IMG/VR virus record: IMGVR_UViG_3300037400_003271 | Coordinates: 1-64,000 of that record | DNA length: 64,000 nucleotides | Direction: 5' to 3' (one strand) | From: a virus | Taxonomy: Duplodnaviria > Caudoviricetes | Part shown: one piece after another, positions 55,478 through 60,671 of the stretch | Layout: each line of letters starts with the position of its first letter | Position numbering within the stretch: the stretch's first letter is position 1 | Made by a program: the position numbers and the translations under genes | The notes under the pieces: model-generated | What the model saw: the letters and a program-made list of their open reading frames with translations, nothing else | Database searches by the model: none | What the model was told of the DNA's origin: nothing

Positions 55478-55972
55478 TTACTTGTTCAGTTCCTGCTTGG
55501 CGATGATAGCAAGGCGGAAATAACGCCCGACCTTCGCAGGGGTCCACCGCTCGACCTCTTCCCAAGTTTTCTCGGTCGCGTCCTTGTCCTTCTTCCGCAG
55601 TTCGCGCACGAGGCCCTCGCTCACATAGTCCGTCCCAGTCAGGTTCTCGCGGATGAAGTCGGCCGTCAGACACCCGAAAGCAAGGCCGTAGTTGTCGTGC
55701 AGGTTCGCGATGACATCCTTGACCTCGTCCGTCAGCACCATAGCCTTGACCCTCGCGCAGACCTGCTCGAGCGCGTACCGCTGGTTCTTCAGCGCTTGAT
55801 TCTTCGGATCCTCGTGCAGTTCGTCCACGATGCGCTTTAACTCGGCGAGCATCTCGGACTTGTACACCTTGCCCCAATAGGCGCGGAACTCGTTCACATT
55901 GGTTTCGAACTTTCTGCGGTTCTCGTTAATGTCCTTAGCGATAACACCGATTTTCATACTCTTGTTAGCCAT
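55478..55972 (-). CDS. First leftward early protein, helical
   Basis: 164 aa, strong codon bias, preceded by leader copy 3. Confidence 0.65.
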   Translation of the reverse strand: MANKSMKIGVIAKDINENRRKFETNVNEFRAYWGKVYKSEMLAELKRIVDELHEDPKNQALKNQRYALEQVCARVKAMVLTDEVKDVIANLHDNYGLAFGCLTADFIRENLTGTDYVSEGLVRELRKKDKDATEKTWEEVERWTPAKVGRYFRLAIIAKQELNK

Positions 55973-56016
55973 AATTCGATTTATTCAGTATTAAACCCCT
56001 GTCTCCGGTCTAAAAG
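55973..56016 (-). repeat. Conserved leader, copy 3
   Basis: CTTTTAGACCGGAGACAGGGGTTTAATACTGAATAAATCGAATT then ATG. Confidence 0.75.
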
Positions 56017-56034
56017 TTAATATAAAATGATTCG

Positions 56035-56141
56035 CGGACGCATAAGGGAGTCGAACCCCTACTCGCCCATAGCCGTTCGCGTTTCTCCTTTCTGCGAATA
56101 ATCCCATATTCGCGCTTTACTACTTGAAACGCCATCTGCCC
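56035..56141 (-). ncRNA. Structured element with a tRNA-type T-arm
   Basis: - strand AGGGG-TTCGACT-CCCTT; 7-bp hairpin GCGAATA/TATTCGC; acceptor pairing poor. Confidence 0.3.
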
Positions 56142-56804
56142 TATTCCATCGGCCTATTTTTTGCCTACAATACTATGTATATATCGCACCGCTACTCGTT
56201 TAGCATTGTACGAATTCAGTCTAAATTCGATTCGTACATAGTTAGCCCGCATATCGCGTCGGGACGCCTTTTTTAGTCCTATTTATTTATCCGGCGTTCA
56301 TCGTTCAATTTTATAATCGGTTTCCCTATATTCGTCTATCCCGCCTATAGTCCGGCCTTTTTATTTAGACTGCCGTTTCAGTGTTTTTAGTTCCGCTCGG
56401 CTTGCAAAACTCACCTACATAGTAGGCCGTAGTCGGCTACAGGGTAAATCGTCGCTCATTCGTGGGTCATCCGTGGATGTAAGATTGGTAAGCATACAAT
56501 GCCCCCCTATGAGGATTTCATTCCCTTTTACCTTCTCGCATTCAAACTTATAAAGAACTTTCAAATCGCTTACGCCTATATATATAACAATTGCCGTGCC
56601 AAAATACGGCACGCGTGCCAAAAATTAGCAAAAAAATTTAGGCCGTGCGTATCTTATTGATTTCCAGCGGGTTACGGGCGTCAATTTAGAGAAATTCTAA
56701 ATAGGAGGGCGCGGAGCGCCACTGTACTAGTATACTAAGACACCCCCTGGGTTTCATAAGCAAAAATTATGGGTTTCATACCTTTGCCGACCGCCAAAGG
56801 TTTG

Positions 56805-56829
56805 TAACTGCTTGATTATCAATAAGTTA
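56805..56829. promoter_or_regulatory. Back-to-back IHF-consensus palindrome
   Basis: TAACTGCTTGATTATCAATAAGTTA matches WATCAANNNNTTR on both strands; related copies at 56650-56674, 57002-57026, 57076-57088. Confidence 0.6.
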
Positions 56830-56980
56830 GGCCGGCGAAGGGGTACGGGGGTTTATTGTGGCGGCTTATCGAAGGCCCCGCCTGCGACTCTGAAATTTTT
56901 TTTTCTTATAATCCGGGTTGCCTGGATTTCGACCAGCCCGGAGATCCTGAACTCGAGGGGGTTGACACAAATTGTCAAAA

Positions 56981-57268
56981 TGTGGCTAAGTTGAGCGCTT
57001 GTAAGTCACTGGAATAGAGCAAGTTGATGAAATGTGGTTAACTTTTTACCACGAAAATTATATTCTGCTCTGCTGTAAGTAGTTGATTATGAGGGCGGTG
57101 GTTAAGTGGAAGAATATAACTTAAATAAATAAGTGGAAGAATTTTATGCAATATATAGCGTTCTACGAGAGGTCTTTAAAAATGGCTTCTCAATTTCAAG
57201 CAAATCTGCATTCTACGGCATTCCATTCGATAAAGTATATGTACAACTTAACCACAGACTTAACCACA
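56981..57268. repeat. Cluster of DnaA-box-like ACTTAACCACA repeats
   Basis: Exact copies 57246-57256 and 57258-57268; inverted 1-mismatch copies 56981-56991, 57033-57043, 57097-57107. Confidence 0.65.
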
Positions 57269-57299
57269 AATTGGCGCAAATCTGCATTCTACGGCATTC
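57200..57299 (+). repeat. Perfect 24-bp direct repeat pair
   Basis: GCAAATCTGCATTCTACGGCATTC at 57200-57223 and 57276-57299. Confidence 0.85.
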
Positions 57300-57382
57300 T
57301 GACAAAGATTTCCGTACAACCATGTTGTAAACCAAATCAGCCTCCTACGACCCTACGATTTAAAAAAATGTGAACAAATGGG

Positions 57383-57412
57383 TTGCAAAGTTGTTAAAAA
57401 TGCCTATATTTG
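57383..57412 (+). promoter_or_regulatory. Bacteroidota promoter for the rightward module
   Basis: TTG at 57383-57385 and TATATTTG at 57405-57412, 8 nt before ATG 57421. Confidence 0.65.
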
Positions 57413-57420
57413 CCGTCGGT

Positions 57421-57765
57421 ATGAGATACAAAGGAGAACAAGGGGTCCGGGCCGAGCAGCTCGGAACGGGCCAAATCAGGGTGTTCAAGACCGTACGCGA
57501 GGCGTCCGCCGGCCTCGGGGTGACCCAGCAGGCGGTGTCGAGGGCCCTCGCGAGGGGAGGGCTCTGTCGGGGCTGCTCCCTCTCGCGCGTGCAGCGCTTC
57601 TGGATGGTCAAGGACTCCGCCGGCGAATACCTCGTCTGCAGGCGCGACCGATACGGGCGGTTCGAATCCATCGGCCGGTCCGGAGGAGTCATCGACCAGA
57701 AGAATGTTGTCGCCGCCAAGGAGATCACCGTGAGCGTCTGGACCGAAGAGGAGGAGAATCTATGA
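57421..57765 (+). CDS. NUMOD1/IENR1-like DNA-binding domain protein
   Basis: FKTVREASAGLGVTQQAVSRAL. Confidence 0.55.
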   Translation: MRYKGEQGVRAEQLGTGQIRVFKTVREASAGLGVTQQAVSRALARGGLCRGCSLSRVQRFWMVKDSAGEYLVCRRDRYGRFESIGRSGGVIDQKNVVAAKEITVSVWTEEEENL

Positions 57766-58118
57766 TGCGGTTCAGGGAATTCTATGTGGTCGCCACCGAC
57801 GTGGAAACCGGATTCGAGGAGTGGTTCCGGACCCTCAAGCAGGCCGGCGCTGCGTGCGGCGCCAGCGACGACGGGATAGAGCGCGCGATCCGCTTCGGCC
57901 GGACCATCCTGTACTGGCGCTTCAGGAAAGCGCACGTGCGCTACCTGATCGTCAGCCGCACCGGACAGGAGGTCGTCTGCAGGTACGATCCGGAAAGGAA
58001 GGTGCTCGTCAGCGTCGACGGCGGCATCGAGTTTGGGAAAAGGCAGTACAGGAGCTGCGAGGAACTGATAGTTGAAAAAGATGGGAGTCTTCAGCGTAGA
58101 CAGGCCGGAACGGCGTAA
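57762..58118 (+). CDS. NUMOD1-like DNA-binding domain protein
   Basis: VATDVETG...FRTLKQAGAACG; ATGA overlap. Confidence 0.5.
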   Translation: MMRFREFYVVATDVETGFEEWFRTLKQAGAACGASDDGIERAIRFGRTILYWRFRKAHVRYLIVSRTGQEVVCRYDPERKVLVSVDGGIEFGKRQYRSCEELIVEKDGSLQRRQAGTA

Positions 58119-58572
58119 GAAGGTGCCGGGCTACGGCGGCCGCTACGAGGTGAGCGACCTCGGGCGGGTGTACTCGGGCGGGTTCGAGCTGACGCCCGTG
58201 CTCGGTCGGTACGTGTACCTGCACGACAGGGGGCAGGCGGACCGCGCGTCCGTGTGCTACCTGGTGGCGAGGGCCTTCGTGCCCAACCCGGAAGGGCGGC
58301 CCTTCGTGCGGCACCGGAACGGTATGGCCGGGGACAACCGGGCCGAGAACCTGGAGTGGGTGGAGGCGAAGGAGCGCTGCGGCCAGCCCGTCGGCCGGAA
58401 GGGCGTCTGCAGGAGTGTGGTGGCGTACGACCGGGAGACCGGCGAGTTCGTCGGAAAGTGGGACAGCGTGAAAAATGCGTCCGAGGCGCTGGATGTGGCA
58501 CGGTGTTTGATACGTAACTGCGCAGAGGGAAGAGCGAGGAGGGCGAAAGGATACGTGTTCAGATATGTATAA
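58081..58572 (+). CDS. NUMOD4-HNH-NUMOD1 endonuclease-like protein
   Basis: VPGYGGRYEVSDLGRV, VRHRNG..GDNRAENLEW, WDSVKNAS. Confidence 0.75.
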   Translation: MGVFSVDRPERRKKVPGYGGRYEVSDLGRVYSGGFELTPVLGRYVYLHDRGQADRASVCYLVARAFVPNPEGRPFVRHRNGMAGDNRAENLEWVEAKERCGQPVGRKGVCRSVVAYDRETGEFVGKWDSVKNASEALDVARCLIRNCAEGRARRAKGYVFRYV

Positions 58573-58744
58573 AGAAAAAGGAACAGGAAGAAGCAAGGAA
58601 GAGGCCCGCAGGCGGGCTGAGGAGGCGCTGAAGGAGCGTCTCTGGAGAGAGTGCTGGAAGGAGGCGATCGAGGTGCCGCGGGATGCTGTCGAGCATGTGG
58701 TGGCGATCGAGGGTGGACTTTTCGAAGTAACTATAGAGATATGA
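58565..58744 (+). CDS. 59-aa hypothetical protein (not in ORF track)
   Basis: MYKEKGTG...VTIEI; overlaps both neighbours. Confidence 0.4.
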   Translation: MYKEKGTGRSKEEARRRAEEALKERLWRECWKEAIEVPRDAVEHVVAIEGGLFEVTIEI

Positions 58745-59067
58745 TTTCATTGGATGATTTTCAGCGGGGCGCTCTGGAGACGGCCGTCTATCCGGAGCAG
58801 CATCGGGTGATCTACCCGGCCCTTGGTCTCGCGGGCGAGGCCGGCGAAGTGGCGGACAAGGTAAAGAAGGTCCTGAGGGGCGACGGCCCGCTGGACGAGG
58901 AGCGGAAGAAGGCGATAGCGCAGGAGATCGGCGACGTGCTGTGGTACTGCGCGGTGCTGGCCAGCGACCTCGGGTTCGGCCTCGAGGAGATCGGGTCGAT
59001 GAACTACGCGAAGCTGCACAGCCGGAAGGAGCGCGGGATGCTCGGAGGGGACGGAGATGATAGATAG
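58741..59067 (+). CDS. MazG-like nucleotide pyrophosphohydrolase
   Basis: LGLAGEAGEVADKVKK...EIGDVLWY ExxE/ExxD motif. Confidence 0.85.
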   Translation: MISLDDFQRGALETAVYPEQHRVIYPALGLAGEAGEVADKVKKVLRGDGPLDEERKKAIAQEIGDVLWYCAVLASDLGFGLEEIGSMNYAKLHSRKERGMLGGDGDDR

Positions 59068-59094
59068 TATATAGTGTTTAATTCTTAATAGTTA

Positions 59095-59355
59095 ATGACA
59101 ATGGAAACAAAGTATTCGATTTGCGACAAGGTCGCGTTTTTCAACACGACGGAGCGTAAGGTGCTGACCGCGGAGGTCAAGGGTATCCAGATTGTTCCGA
59201 CTGGGATCAGCAAGAACGAGAAGGGTGAGAACGTGCTGGACGGCTACGTCGTCCTGTACCAGACCTTCGACGGCCCGATCCTCGCGGAGTCCGAGTGTTT
59301 CGACAGCGAGGAGGCGTGCAAGGCGTTCTACCGGGACTTCTTCAACAAGGAGTAG
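59095..59355 (+). CDS. Hypothetical SH3-like protein
   Basis: KYSICDKVAF pattern; codon-biased. Confidence 0.55.
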   Translation: MTMETKYSICDKVAFFNTTERKVLTAEVKGIQIVPTGISKNEKGENVLDGYVVLYQTFDGPILAESECFDSEEACKAFYRDFFNKE

Positions 59356-59522
59356 TAGCATCGGGTTTCCGGCGTTAAGGCGGGGGTGCCCGGCCGCGCA
59401 CACCGTCAAGGGTAGGTCCGGAATATGGCAGGCGCCAGCCCGAGGATAGTTTGTGTGGCGTCGGCCGGATCAAAGCGGGCCGGAATAAAGGACATACCGC
59501 AATTCCGGGCAGCGGCAGACAG

Positions 59523-59604
59523 AGTGTGGTAGCTCAGTGGACAGAGCGCCGCCCCAAGCGCATGGGGATCAACGGAGACGCGGGTTCGAATCCCGTCCAC
59601 GCAC
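59523..59604 (+). tRNA. tRNA-like element 1 with enlarged non-canonical anticodon arm
   Basis: 6-bp acceptor GTGTGG/CCACGC, D arm GCTC-AGTGGACA-GAGC, T arm GCGGG-TTCGAAT-CCCGT; 27-nt anticodon region. Confidence 0.7.
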
Positions 59605-59622
59605 AGAGAGATCTTTGAAATT

Positions 59623-59976
59623 GGGGCTGGTTTGGTTTAGACTTGCATGAGGCAGGTACTGACTTACGCACTGGGCGGTGATCCCAGTTGAATAAAGCAC
59701 CGAAAACACAAAAGGCAAGAATTTCATCAGCAGGATGGCGGGCAAGGCTCGTGCTCTGCGCGAAAAGGTCGCCGGGATCTTCGCTCCCCGCGAGATTGAA
59801 GAGTTCGCTCTGGCGATTGCCTAATTTCTCGGCTTAGGAAAACCGAGTGGTGGAGATGGGCAGTGAACTTCTGTCCTGACCGTCCTGGAGCCGGACAAAA
59901 ATGGCTATCCTAAGCGTATGAACAAAGTCAGTATGGGCACATGTATAGGACGAGGGTTCGACTCCCTCCAGCTCCA
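59623..59976 (+). ncRNA. ssrA: tmRNA, complete, with a 36-codon tag frame (59714-59824)
   Basis: GGGGCTG/CAGCTCC acceptor with G3:U70 and A discriminator, T arm GAGGG-TTCGACT-CCCTC, helix TACTGACTT/AAGTCAGTA, PK1 CTGGG/CCCAG + CGGTG/CACCG, 11-nt spacer to GGC resume codon. Confidence 0.92.
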
Positions 59977-60001
59977 CAAAGGCAGTGAGGTATGCCCTAT
60001 A

Positions 60002-60159
60002 GGGAACAACATTGGACTTGCCGTACAATAGTGCTTAGGAATCAAGTGCTATGCCCAATGCCCGAAGAACCTGGTAGCGCAGGTCGCTGCAAACATATCG
60101 TCCCGCCGTGAGGCGCGAGCGCAGGCGCGAGTACATAGTGTCTTAGTGTATTAGTTCCC
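60002..60159 (+). ncRNA. Unidentified multi-stem structured RNA
   Basis: GGGAAC/GTTCCC closing stem, CATTGG/CCAATG, ATAGTGCTT/AAGTGCTAT, ACCTG/CAGGT, CGCC-GTGA-GGCG. Confidence 0.5.
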
Positions 60160-60181
60160 CGGGCCGCCTGACCGGGATTCT

Positions 60182-60253
60182 GGGAGGGTAGCTCAGAGGT
60201 AGAGCGGGCGCCGAGGGGCGCGAAGGCCGGCGGTCCGAATCCGCCCCCTTCCA
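60182..60253 (+). tRNA. tRNA-like element 2: Ala-type acceptor, no canonical anticodon loop
   Basis: GGGAGGG/CCCTTCC-A with G3:U70; D arm GCTC/GAGC; T arm GGCGG-TCCGAAT-CCGCC; anticodon arm pairs only as GCGCC-GAGG-GGCGC. Confidence 0.7.
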
Positions 60254-60351
60254 CACAGGAAGCGCAGTGATGCGCGGTGTAAACGGAGGATTTGCCATAT
60301 AGTGAACTGGATAGTTATTGCTGATGGCCGTGTTCTTCCGTGCGGCCACAT

Positions 60352-60426
60352 AGCGGGGTGGTGAACCGGTAACACGCGAAGCCCCATGTACGCATCGAGA
60401 AGCAAGTTCGATTCTTGCCCCCGCAA
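60352..60426 (+). tRNA. tRNA-like element 3 with extended anticodon arm (CAT in a 9-nt loop)
   Basis: GCGGGG/CCCCGC acceptor, T arm GCAAG-TTCGATT-CTTGC, D stem GTG/CAC; 21-nt anticodon arm. Confidence 0.65.
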
Positions 60427-60544
60427 CTCTATGAAACGGACAGCAGCATACGGCGTCAGCAGGACGCGGGATGCCAGGGGCGTGTCTTCTGGAGATATAT
60501 CCCGAAGAAACCGGGCAGGATTTGTAAGTTTGGAATAGTTTTTG

Positions 60545-60552
60545 TATGTTTG
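60545..60552 (+). promoter_or_regulatory. Bacteroidota -7 box upstream of the primase gene
   Basis: TATGTTTG, with TTTG motifs upstream. Confidence 0.45.
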
Positions 60553-60671
60553 TAATCCGCGTCTATGGGTACGGCGCAGAAGAAAATTCGAGCCAGAGTC
60601 GTAGGGGAAGTACCCACCTTTCTTCGGAGAGGTCCCCTCGGCCCTGGCTTTTTGTTTAAAAACCGCAAGTT

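Larger units (their letters stand above)
56200..57420. other. Divergent AT-rich non-coding control region (candidate origin and/or packaging site)
   Basis: No credible ORF; separates the leftward and rightward modules; dense in palindromes and repeats. Confidence 0.65.

Noticed and set aside
57200-57299. Mini CRISPR array
   Set aside because: Only two 24-bp repeats, the 52-bp interval is itself made of tandem 11-mers, and there are no cas genes; iteron-like is a better fit
59414-59432. SRP (4.5S) RNA
   Set aside because: AGGTCCGGAA matches, but the following GGAAGCAG needed to close helix 8 is replaced by TATGGCAG
60254-60342. c-di-GMP-I riboswitch or hammerhead ribozyme
   Set aside because: The conserved GCAAA receptor and the CUGAUGA/GAAA cores are not intact
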